Shown here: positions 1 to 7,828 of the stretch, one piece after another
How positions within the stretch are numbered: the first letter of the stretch is position 1
Layout: each line of letters begins with the position of its first letter
DNA from: Candidatus Hydrogenedentota bacterium
GTDB lineage: Bacteria; Hydrogenedentota; Hydrogenedentia; Hydrogenedentales; SLHB01
Reading direction: 5' to 3'
NCBI GenBank assembly: GCA_029974275.1
Contig: JARKSN010000283.1
Location: 1-28,861 of the forward strand
DNA length: 28,861 bases
The notes under the pieces: model-generated
Seen by the model: only the letters and a program-made list of their open reading frames with translations
The model's database searches: none
Told to the model about the DNA's origin: nothing
Made by a program: the position numbers and the translations under genes

Positions 1-741
1 ACGCTTTTCGCGAAGCCGATAGCTGTCACCGCGTATGGTGATCACCGTGGAATGGTGGAGCAGCCGATCGAGGATCGCGGTGGCGACGACAGGATCGCCG
101 AACACGCTTCCCCACTCACCCACCGAGCGGTTTGACGTGAGCAGCATCGCGCCTTTCTCGTAGCGTCGCGATACGAGCTGGAAGAACAGGTGCGCTGCGT
201 TGGCCTCGAACGGCAGGTAGCCGAGCTCATCGATGATCAGGAGCTTTGGCCGCGACAGGATTGTCAGCTGTTTGTCCAGCGCGCCGTCAGCATGCGCCTT
301 GGCGAGCATTGCGACCAGCGTCGCGGCCGTGACGAACTGGACGCTGTAGTTCTGCCGGATAGCCTCGCGGCCGAGGGCCACGGCAAGATGAGTTTTGCCC
401 GTGCCAGGCGGCCCCAGGAACAGGACCGCATCGCCATGTGCAATCCAGCGACAGGTCGCCAGATCACGTAGCTGTCCCGGGTCCAGCGACGGCTGCGCCT
501 CGAAGTCGAAGCTGTCGAGCTCTCGAACGAAGGGGAACTGCGCCAGCTTGCTGGACATCGAGATCCGGCGTTCATCGCGCCGCGCGATCTCTCGCGTCAC
601 CAGGAACGACAACGCCTCGCGCAACGTCATTTTCGACCGCGCCGCCTCGTCGAGCAGTGTGTCCAGCTGGTCCCGGATCGCTGTCAGCTTGAGCCGGTCG
701 AGTTGAACTAGCAACGTATCCATATCGATGGGCTTCTTCAC
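1..741 (-). CDS. istB: IS21 helper AAA+ ATPase IstB, 3' end outside window
   Basis: Not in the ORF track; translated by hand from GTG at 741: MKKPIDMDTLLVQLDRLKL... Walker A GPPGTGKT, Walker B LLIIDELGY, and TSN and AILDRLLHH...GDSYR motifs. The frame is open to position 1. Confidence 0.95.
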   Translation of the reverse strand, partial: MKKPIDMDTLLVQLDRLKLTAIRDQLDTLLDEAARSKMTLREALSFLVTREIARRDERRISMSSKLAQFPFVRELDSFDFEAQPSLDPGQLRDLATCRWIAHGDAVLFLGPPGTGKTHLAVALGREAIRQNYSVQFVTAATLVAMLAKAHADGALDKQLTILSRPKLLIIDELGYLPFEANAAHLFFQLVSRRYEKGAMLLTSNRSVGEWGSVFGDPVVATAILDRLLHHSTVITIRGDSYRLREKR

Positions 742-2027
742 CAGCCACCCCCGACCAGAGCTTCGTATTCGGCGAGCGGTCGCAGCAACTGCGCTCGTTC
801 CGGCTCGGGCGACTTCGCTGCCCGCACGGCGCCCGACGCGCCCGCCACTCCGACCAGATGCGCCCGGTCGACGATGCGCTGGCGGCGACCCTGGGACAGC
901 GGATGATCAGCGACAATGACGCCGGCATGACGCACGACCACGCGACCACCCAGCACCACGACCTGCACGCTTTCTCCGATCAGCCGCCAGGGCACGGAGT
1001 AGCTGTTTGTGTCGAGATCGACGGCGCAGTCGGCCTGAACCTTGCGCACCAGATCCCGCAACTGGCCGAATGGCGCGCGACCGCCCAAGGGCTTCAGCGC
1101 GTCCGCCTCCTCACTGAAGCGCTCAGCTGGCGCAATGCCGGTCGTGCCATGGATGCGTTGATCAGCCACCTCACGTGTCCAGTGCTCGAGATGCGCTTCA
1201 AACGCCGCCCAGCTGGCGAAGCGCCGTCCCGCAATCGCGTTCCGCTTCACATAGCCAACACCGCGCTCATCCTTACCCTTGGTTCGCGCCCGGTAGGGAG
1301 CGCAGGCTCGCGGCTTGAACCCCCAATAGCGGGCGAAGGCGTGCAGCCGCGCGTTGAACCGCACCTCTCGTGTAACAGCGTCATGGTGCTCGACCAGCGC
1401 CCTCGCATTGTCGAGCAGCACTTCCTCGGGAACACCGCCGAACGCCAGGAACGCGCCCTCCATGCCGGCGAACCAGTCCGCCTGACGCTCGCGGAGCGAG
1501 GCCCGGACATGCACGCGACGCGAGTAGCCCAGCGTCGCCACAAACACGTGGACCCGAACCCGTTCCTCGCCGATCCACACCCGCGCTTCGCCGAAGTCGA
1601 TCTGCAGCTGACGACCCGGCGCAGTCTCGAACCGTACGGTCGCACGCTTCTGCGCCGCCAACTCCCGGCGCCAGCCCTGCACCCGCAGCTCCACCGATCG
1701 CAGGCCGATTACGATCCCGTGCTCGGCTGCAAGCTCCTGGCGAATGACGTCGGCGTTGCCGCCATGCCGGAAAAAGCGCTCGCGCAGCCAATCCTCCAGA
1801 CCATCGAACGCCGTCCGCCGCTCCGGCTTCCGGAACACAACAGGCCCGCTCTCACGAAGATAGCGCTTCACCGTGTTCCGCGCGCACCCAAACTCCCGCG
1901 AAAGACGCTTGGCGCCCCAGCCAAGCTCGTGCAGCCGCTTCATCGCGGCCACCTCCTCGGCATCCAGCATCAACTGCCCCTGCATCGACCTCGCCAATGC
2001 AGGACTTTCCCCGACGTCTCTCGTCAC
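738..2027 (-). CDS. istA: IS21 DDE transposase IstA
   Basis: N-terminal HTH (CARNTVKRYLR), RFETAPGRQLQIDFG, LLDNA, RARTKGKDER and YSVP motifs. Start placed at GTG 2027, which follows GAGGAGG; the ORF-track start at 2063 lies inside the terminal repeats. Confidence 0.95.
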   Translation of the reverse strand: MTRDVGESPALARSMQGQLMLDAEEVAAMKRLHELGWGAKRLSREFGCARNTVKRYLRESGPVVFRKPERRTAFDGLEDWLRERFFRHGGNADVIRQELAAEHGIVIGLRSVELRVQGWRRELAAQKRATVRFETAPGRQLQIDFGEARVWIGEERVRVHVFVATLGYSRRVHVRASLRERQADWFAGMEGAFLAFGGVPEEVLLDNARALVEHHDAVTREVRFNARLHAFARYWGFKPRACAPYRARTKGKDERGVGYVKRNAIAGRRFASWAAFEAHLEHWTREVADQRIHGTTGIAPAERFSEEADALKPLGGRAPFGQLRDLVRKVQADCAVDLDTNSYSVPWRLIGESVQVVVLGGRVVVRHAGVIVADHPLSQGRRQRIVDRAHLVGVAGASGAVRAAKSPEPERAQLLRPLAEYEALVGGGW

Positions 2028-2053
2028 TTGAACCTCCTCGCGTCCAATACCCG

Positions 2054-2106
2054 AGGGGGTCAATTCCTCAGTTCGCTAGGGGGTCAATTTCTCACTTCGC
2101 CTGACA
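2054..2106. repeat. IS21 terminal region with two tandem 23-bp direct repeats
   Basis: agggggtcaattcctcagttcgc (2054-2076) and agggggtcaatttctcacttcgc (2078-2100), 2 mismatches, then ctgaca ending at 2106. Confidence 0.9.
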
Positions 2107-2130
2107 TCTTGCTCAGGACGGTGGACGAAT

Positions 2131-3021
2131 CTAACAGCCTGTCGAGCGCCCCATGACGAAATCGGCTGCCTTGGACGCCATCGACGCGGCCTGGAATATG
2201 GCCCGGTTATCCCCTTGGAGAATTTCCAGCCAGGCGCCGAGGTAGTCCGCATGGCGAACAGTGGGGACGACACCGAGCTCGGCGCAGAGAAAAGCCGAGC
2301 AGAGTTCAGCGACGAGTTCCTCACGCGCATAAGCTTGGCTACCATGTCGGCCAGAGAAATCGCGGTTGAGACGCGAAGGGCCGCCTGCCCAATGGCCAGC
2401 CTCATGCAAAACGGTCCGGTACCAGTTGATCGGCTCGAAATACGCCTGCTGCGGGGGAACCTGAATGAAGTCGTGGCTTGGCGAGTAGAACGCCATCTCA
2501 CCGCCGATCCGTATGTCTGCGCCCGTCGCCGCGACAACCGCATCGACATGTGACAACACCTCGGTTCGCCCGGGAAGCGGCGGCGCATCCGCATCAAGTG
2601 GAAGCCCGTCGCACTGCTCCACATGGAACACAGTGAAGCGCTTCAGGAAGCCAACGCGGCGGGCATCCTCCCCTGACGCACTCGCCTTCTCCTGCTCGGC
2701 TTTCGGAATGAAGGTATCAGCGTAGACAACCATCGTCCCTTTCTCGCCCTTGCGCACATTGCCGCCGAGAGCGAGCGCCTGTTTGAAGGTCAGCCAGCGT
2801 TGCGAGGGTCTCCCCTGCTCGATCGCGGCGGACCAGAGCAGAAGAATGTTGATCCCGGAATAGGTTCGTCCGGTCGATGCGTTCTGGGGCAAACCAAGCG
2901 GCGTCCCTCCTGATGAAGACGCCCATGGCTGGACCCATGGGAAGCGTCCCTGTTCGAGTTCTGCGATAATCCGGGCGGTGACGGCATCGTGAAGCGATTG
3001 CGTATTCGCGATGGCGGTCAT
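2131..3021 (-). CDS. ardC: ArdC-family ssDNA-binding antirestriction protein with zincin-like C-terminal domain
   Basis: PWVQPW, YSGINILLLW, WLTFKQA, VRKGEKG, FTVFHVEQ, HEAGHW and YAREELVAE motifs. Start follows AAGGAGG. Confidence 0.93.
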   Translation of the reverse strand: MTAIANTQSLHDAVTARIIAELEQGRFPWVQPWASSSGGTPLGLPQNASTGRTYSGINILLLWSAAIEQGRPSQRWLTFKQALALGGNVRKGEKGTMVVYADTFIPKAEQEKASASGEDARRVGFLKRFTVFHVEQCDGLPLDADAPPLPGRTEVLSHVDAVVAATGADIRIGGEMAFYSPSHDFIQVPPQQAYFEPINWYRTVLHEAGHWAGGPSRLNRDFSGRHGSQAYAREELVAELCSAFLCAELGVVPTVRHADYLGAWLEILQGDNRAIFQAASMASKAADFVMGRSTGC

Positions 3022-3064
3022 GGTGACCTCCTTGAGAATCCGGATTGTTGGAAGAGCGAGACAA

Positions 3065-3089
3065 GGCCGGCGGCTTGGCGCCGCCGGCC
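3065..3089 (-). terminator. GC-rich hairpin between ssb and ardC (weak terminator, RNA-stability element or ssDNA hairpin)
   Basis: Perfect 10-bp stem GGCCGGCGGC/GCCGCCGGCC with a 5-nt loop. Only a broken U-tract (TTGTCT) follows on the minus strand. Confidence 0.4.
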
Positions 3090-3095
3090 AGGCCG

Positions 3096-3512
3096 TCAGG
3101 CCGCGCGCTTGCGCTTCGGCTTCGGCGCTTCTTCGCCGACGATCACCGGTTCGGATTGTGCGTCAGCCTTCGGCTTGCCGCGTGCGAGGATCTCGACATC
3201 ACCCAAACCGGTCACCACGAACTCGATGGAGTAGCGGGTCTGGCCGCGCTCATCTTCCCAGGAGCCAGGACGGATCTGTCCAACAAGGCGGAGGCGGGTG
3301 CCGACCTGAACGGCTTTCTCGATCAAGGAGACCTTGGCCGGCGCAAAGACGGCAACCCGATGCCAGTAGGTTTTTTCATTCCAGTCGCCAGACTCGGCCT
3401 TCCAGCGTTCGGACGTTGCGAGGGAAACGATGGCGAGGTGTCTGTCGCCTTTGAGCGGCTTGATCTCGAGTTTGCCGACATTGCCGATGAGTTCGAAGGA
3501 CGCGCGGTCCAT
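3096..3512 (-). CDS. ssb: Single-stranded DNA-binding protein (mobile-element type)
   Basis: OB-fold motifs LIGNVG, SLATSERWK, WNEKTYWHRVAVF and WEDERGQTRYSIE. AAGGA ribosome-binding site; adjacent to ardC. Confidence 0.92.
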   Translation of the reverse strand: MDRASFELIGNVGKLEIKPLKGDRHLAIVSLATSERWKAESGDWNEKTYWHRVAVFAPAKVSLIEKAVQVGTRLRLVGQIRPGSWEDERGQTRYSIEFVVTGLGDVEILARGKPKADAQSEPVIVGEEAPKPKRKRAA

Positions 3513-3590
3513 GATGATCTTCCTTGTGATCCCGCGGGATCAGCCCCGCCGGGGTCGCGTTTGCGACGCCCCTCAGGAGCGGCCGGAAAG

Positions 3591-3685
3591 CAAGCGTAGC
3601 GGTGACCGCGCAAGGGGTTGGTGCGGCCTGCAGGACCGAAGGTCCGAAGCCTCGGCCCCTTGAGCGGTCATGCGACGGACGCTTG
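3591..3685. promoter_or_regulatory. Large imperfect stem-loop upstream of ssb-ardC, candidate single-stranded-DNA (Frpo-like) promoter or priming site
   Basis: caagcgt (3591-3597) pairs with acgcttg (3679-3685). tgaccgcgcaagggg (3603-3617) pairs with ccccttgagcggtca (3656-3670), 14/15. Inner hairpin ggacc-gaa-ggtcc (3633-3645). The function is inferred from position. Confidence 0.55.
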
Positions 3686-3964
3686 ATGGGCGTGACAAGC
3701 AAACGTGTCCCTGACCGGTGCATGCACGACGGGCGAGGTTAGATCGTCATGGCCTGGAAGCTGTCGGCGGACTTACGGCAAGGATAGCGACCAACACCGT
3801 AGATCGCGCCGGCAAATTGCCGCGTCGATTTTTGTCATATCAGTCTCTCGGCGCTCCGATCGAACGAGAGACGATGGCCTGTTCAAACGCTGGTATTCGG
3901 CAATCGACAGGCCCTGCCCCGCGACCGCCCGTGTCTGTCGCTTTACAATCAAAACGGCGTCACA

Positions 3965-4213
3965 GCTATCCCACGAGGGCTTGAGCGCGCCCTGCTCATC
4001 GCCAAACAGATCCTCGATGGTGAAGCGCTAGAGATACCCGAGGAAGCGGCCAAGGCCGTCCTGATGCTGTCGCAGCAAGCATTCGACACGCACAGCAGGA
4101 TCCAGGGCATTGATCGTGACTTGCAGCGCTGGCATTGCAGCAATGGGCTGTCGCGGCGGCTTGCGACCATCCCCGGCATTGGACCGATCGGGGCCTCTGC
4201 CCTCGCAGCCTCA
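3965..4213 (+). pseudogene. IS110-family transposase remnant, segment 5' of the IS630 insertion (N-terminal RuvC-like half absent)
   Basis: Hand translation: AIPRGLERALLIAKQILDGEALEIPEEAAKAV...SRRLATIPGIGPIGASALAAS. Left boundary approximate. Confidence 0.85.
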
Positions 4214-5376
4214 TACCAGCCGTCTTAAATTCTGACTCGGGGGGATTCCCGGGTCGAGGCGAGCGTGATTCCTTCGAGCGATTGAGTCGCATGGAGGGAG
4301 GCGATGGCGGTTGCGATCGAGCGGGACGAGTTGTCGGCCGGGGAGTTGCGAGCGGCGGCGCGGCGGTCGAAGGACGTGGCTCAGGCTCGGCGTCTGTTGG
4401 CGCTCGCGCTGGTGCTGGAAGGGGCGTCGCGGACCGAGGCGGCTGCGGCGGCGGGGATGGACCGCCAGACGCTGCGCGATTGGGTTCACCGCTACAATGA
4501 GGAAGGGCTCGAGGGCTTGAGCGACCGGCAGCGGCCGGGCCGGCCCTCGCGGTTGAGCGAGGAGCAGAAGGCCGAGCTGGCCGAACTCGTCGAGGAGGGT
4601 CCTGATGTCGCCGTCACCGGCATGGTGCGCTGGCGTTGTGTCGATCTTCAGGGTGAGATCAAGGTGCGCTTTGGCGTCGACCTCTCTGAGCGCCAGGTCG
4701 AACGGGTCTTGAAGCAGCTCGACTTCACGCGGCTGTCGGTGCGCCCGCGCCACCCCAAAGCCGACGAAGCCGCGCAAGAGGCGTTTAAAAAAGTTCCCGG
4801 CCCTCGTGAAGGCGGCGCTGCCAGCCGAAGCCCAAGACAAGCCGCTGGAGATCTGGTTCCAGGATGAAGCGCGCATCGGCCAGAAGGGAACACTGACGCG
4901 CATCTGGGCCAAGCGCGGCTCGCGGCCGCGGGCCCGGCGCGACACCCGCTATGAATGGGCCTATCTGTTCGGCGCGGTCTGTCCTGAACGCGGCGTCGGC
5001 GCCGCCCTGGTGCTGCCTCAGGTCAACGCCGAGGCCATGAACCTGCATCTTGAGGAAATCGGCCGCAGCATCGCTCCCGACGCCCACGCCGCCTTGGTGA
5101 TCGACGGGGCCGGCTGGCACTCCCCGACCGCCATACGTCCGCCGAACAATGTCACGCTCATCTACCTGCCGCCCTACGCGCCCGAGTTGAACCCGGTCGA
5201 AAACGTCTGGGAGTTCCTGCGCGCCAACAATCTCGCGCTGCGAATCTACGAGACCTACGACGCCATCGTCGATGCTTGCTGCACCGCCTGGAACAGTCTC
5301 ATCGCAACGCCGGCCCGCCTCACCTCCATCACACAGCGCAAGTGGGCGACCGCGTCATGATTTGTGGCGGCTGGTA
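4214..5376 (+). mobile_element. IS630-family insertion sequence, 1163 bp
   Basis: Terminal inverted repeats taccagccgtcttaaattctgac and (reverse complement) taccagccgccacaaatcatgac, 18/23 identical. Flanked by TCA on both sides (4211-4213, 5377-5379). Confidence 0.93.
4304..5360 (+). CDS. IS630 transposase split over two frames (HTH part 4304-4867, DDE part about 4794-5360), probable programmed frameshift
   Basis: ORF A: MDRQTLRDWVHRYNEEG and winged-HTH RLSVRPRHP. ORF B: WFQDEARIGQKG, VIDGAGWH, LPPYAPELNPVENVW. The frames join at TTTAAAAAAG (4784-4793). Confidence 0.9.
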
Positions 5377-5379
5377 TCA

Positions 5380-5691
5380 GTCACCGATCCCGGTCAGTTC
5401 CGCTCGGGTCGCGAGTTCGCCGCCTGGCTTGGCCTCACCCTGCGTCAGAACTCCAGCGGAGGCAGAGAACGTCTCGGGCGCATCACCAAGATGGGAGATC
5501 GCTACTTACGCAAATTGTTGTTCGTCGGCATGATGTCGCTTGTCCGGTACGCCAAAAACAAGCTTAAGAGCGTCGATCCGCGCCTGGTTGATCTCCTTGC
5601 ACGCAAACCAGCTCGACAGGCTGCAACCGCGCACGCCAACAAGACCGCCCGCATCGTCTGGGCTGTCATTCACCCAGAAGGCGACATTTGA
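5380..5691 (+). pseudogene. IS110-family transposase remnant, C-terminal segment
   Basis: VTDPGQFRSGREFAAWLGLTLRQNSSGGRERLGRITKMGDRYLRKLL...ANKTARIVWAV. It continues the 3965-4213 segment in frame once the IS630 and one TCA are removed. Confidence 0.88.
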
Positions 5692-5862
5692 AGAGCTTGC
5701 GTTTATCTGCCGGCCTGCTCTAGCATCGATACATGCTAGAGATTGCGAGAATCCGCTGATCGTCTCGAACTCACGGGACGCATAGCCGCAACTGTCCGCG
5801 ACTGCGTTGAGCGCAGTACCATGATCGGTCGCGTAGTTTGGTTCTTTGATAGGTTCTTCAAT

Positions 5863-6354
5863 ATGCAGATTAGACAGGAGCGTCCTTCGGACGCTGCGAT
5901 CATCCGTTTCATTACAGAGTCGGCCTTCAAGGGTTTGCCTCACAGCGATCAAACGGAGAGCAAGATCATTGACGCGTTGAGGGCTGCTGGGGCGTTGACC
6001 ATTTCGCTGATTGCGATTCAGGGAGGTGAAGTAATCGGCCACGTAGCGTTCTCACCCGTCGCAATCAACGGAAAAATCGACGACTGGTATGGCCTAGGAC
6101 CTCTGTCAGTCAGGCCAGAGCATCAGAAGAAGGGCGTCGGCCAGGCTCTTGCCCGCGACGGCCTTCACAGGCTCATGTCGATGAAGGCAGCTGGTTGCGT
6201 TGTCTATGGCAACCCGAGGTACTATGGTCGCTTTGGATTTGAGAGCGATACAGAACTCTACTATGGCAACGTGCTGTCCGGATATCTTCAGCGCGTAGTT
6301 TTCAGCGGCCCTACACCGAGAGGCGAAGTCACCTACCTGTCCGTCATCAGATAA
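5863..6354 (+). CDS. GNAT-family N-acetyltransferase (YhbS-like), last few residues replaced by IS3 end sequence
   Basis: MQIRQERPSD start, IGHVAFSPV, GLGPLSVRPEHQKKGVGQAL acetyl-CoA motif, GNPRYYGRFGF. After GEVTY the reading frame enters the IS at 6338. Confidence 0.88.
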   Translation: MQIRQERPSDAAIIRFITESAFKGLPHSDQTESKIIDALRAAGALTISLIAIQGGEVIGHVAFSPVAINGKIDDWYGLGPLSVRPEHQKKGVGQALARDGLHRLMSMKAAGCVVYGNPRYYGRFGFESDTELYYGNVLSGYLQRVVFSGPTPRGEVTYLSVIR

Positions 6355-6407
6355 TTTGAGACCTGTGGCTGCCTGATGTTCAGGAGGTTCGGCTCATCTG
6401 GTTTGAG

Positions 6408-7388
6408 TTAAGCAGCGGCTCTGGCGTGCTGCAAGCGCCGTAGTTTCATTGTCTTCCTTTTCGTCTTCTCACGTTCAAGCAGGATGGTGTGGCCGCGCCC
6501 GGTGTAGACGTCGGCGGGCGTCAGGTTGTTCAGGCTCTCGTGGTAGCGCTGATGATTGTAGTGGCCGACGAACGCGGCGATGTGCGCTTCGAGGTCGCCG
6601 GGCAGGAAGTAGTTCTCAAGCAGGATGCGGTTCTTGAGCGTTTGATGCCAGCGTTCGATCTTGCCCTGGGTCTGGGGATGATAGGGCGCACCGCGCGTGT
6701 GCGGCATGCCCTTGTCTTCCAGATACTCAGCCAGATCACCCGAGATGTAGCAGGGACCATTGTCAGACAAGAGCCGCGGACGATGCACAACATTGGCGTG
6801 GTCGAGTCCGGTTTCTTCGAGCGCCAGGTTCAGCGTATCCTGAACGTCAGTCGCCGCCATGCCGGTGCAGAGCTTCCAGGCGATGATGTATCGCGAGAAG
6901 TCGTCCAGGATGGTCGAGAGATAGAACCATCCCCAGCCGATCACTTTCAAGTACGTGAAGTCAGTCTGCCAGAGCTGGTTCGGCGCAGTTGTCTTGTCGG
7001 TAAACTCATCGGCGGCTTTCATGACGATGAACGCCGGACTGGTGATGAGGTCATGCGATCGCAGAAGCCTGTAAACACTGGCCTCTGAGACGAAGTAGCA
7101 GCGTTCATCCGTGAACGTGACCGCAAGCTCTCGCGGGCTGAGCTCCGGCCGCGCCAGCGCCATTTCCAGCATGTCCCGGCGCACGTGATCGGGGATGCGG
7201 TTCCAGATGCGCCCCGGATGGGACGTGCGGTCTTCCAGGCCGACTTCGCCGAAGCGACGATAAAGGTCGTACCAACGATAGAAGGTCGGGCGAGAGACCC
7301 CAAGCTGCGCCAGCGTGCGTTTGACCGGCAGGCTCGATTGCTCGACGAGCCGGATGATCTCCAGTTTTTCGGATGCGGGATATCTCAT
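6408..7388 (-). CDS. IS3-family transposase OrfB (rve integrase core)
   Basis: WQTDFTY, LLSDNG and QTQGKIERWH DDE motifs; YNHQRYHESL. ATGA overlap with orfA. Confidence 0.93.
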   Translation of the reverse strand: MRYPASEKLEIIRLVEQSSLPVKRTLAQLGVSRPTFYRWYDLYRRFGEVGLEDRTSHPGRIWNRIPDHVRRDMLEMALARPELSPRELAVTFTDERCYFVSEASVYRLLRSHDLITSPAFIVMKAADEFTDKTTAPNQLWQTDFTYLKVIGWGWFYLSTILDDFSRYIIAWKLCTGMAATDVQDTLNLALEETGLDHANVVHRPRLLSDNGPCYISGDLAEYLEDKGMPHTRGAPYHPQTQGKIERWHQTLKNRILLENYFLPGDLEAHIAAFVGHYNHQRYHESLNNLTPADVYTGRGHTILLEREKTKRKTMKLRRLQHARAAA

Positions 7389-7756
7389 TCTGGGTCGCCC
7401 CCATCCGCGATCATGCTTTTTTTGAGCAGGCGGTTCTCCAGAAGGGTCTCGGCGAGCACCTCCTTCAGGTCGCGAGCTTCACGCTTCAAGCTGACGACTT
7501 CGCCGGGCGTAGCCTGACGCGCCGTGTCCCCCGACAAGCGCTTCTTGCCGGCCTCCAGGAAGTCCTTCGACCAGTTGTAATAGAGGCTCTCGGCAATCCC
7601 TTCGCGCCGACAAAGCTCGGAGATCGAACTCTCTCCGCGCAGGCCGTCGAGCACGATCCGGATCTTCTCTTCAGCCGAAAACTTGCACCGCGTCTGGCGC
7701 TTGATCTCTTTGACGTGCCTGTCGGCCGATCCGTTCGGCCCAGTTCTCTGTCTCAT
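7385..7756 (-). CDS. IS3-family transposase OrfA (HTH)
   Basis: FSAEEKIRIVLDGLRGESSISELCRREGIAESLYYNWSKDFLEAG; ends LLKKS over an A7G run (7416-7423). Start at ATG 7756 after GAAGGGA. Confidence 0.9.
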   Translation of the reverse strand: MRQRTGPNGSADRHVKEIKRQTRCKFSAEEKIRIVLDGLRGESSISELCRREGIAESLYYNWSKDFLEAGKKRLSGDTARQATPGEVVSLKREARDLKEVLAETLLENRLLKKSMIADGGDPE

Positions 7757-7828
7757 CGCGTATCCCTTCAAGGATTACGATGAGCCAAAACACTCCTTTA
7801 GCAAAACGCCGCTGTTGTCTCAAAGGCC

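Larger units (their letters stand above)
1..2106 (-). mobile_element. IS21-family insertion sequence (istAB), other end outside window
   Basis: istA and istB overlap by GTGA. The minus-strand terminus starts TGTCAGG at 2106 and is followed by two tandem 23-bp repeats, as is typical of IS21 ends. Confidence 0.93.

Noticed and set aside
2054..2100. Tandem 23-bp repeats as CRISPR repeats or iterons
   Set aside because: Only two copies, 1 bp apart, at an IS21 terminus; explained as transposase-binding repeats.
858..2156. 432-aa plus-strand ORF
   Set aside because: Antisense shadow of istA in GC-rich DNA, with no recognisable motifs.
3720..3964. Short ORFs and an 8-bp inverted repeat (3843-3850/3865-3872) between ssb and the IS110 remnant
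   Set aside because: No recognisable protein, RNA or IS end, so no call can be supported.
5743..5862. Longer start for the GNAT gene
   Set aside because: The family N-terminus matches MQIRQE at 5863, and the upstream part overlaps the probable IS110 non-coding tail.
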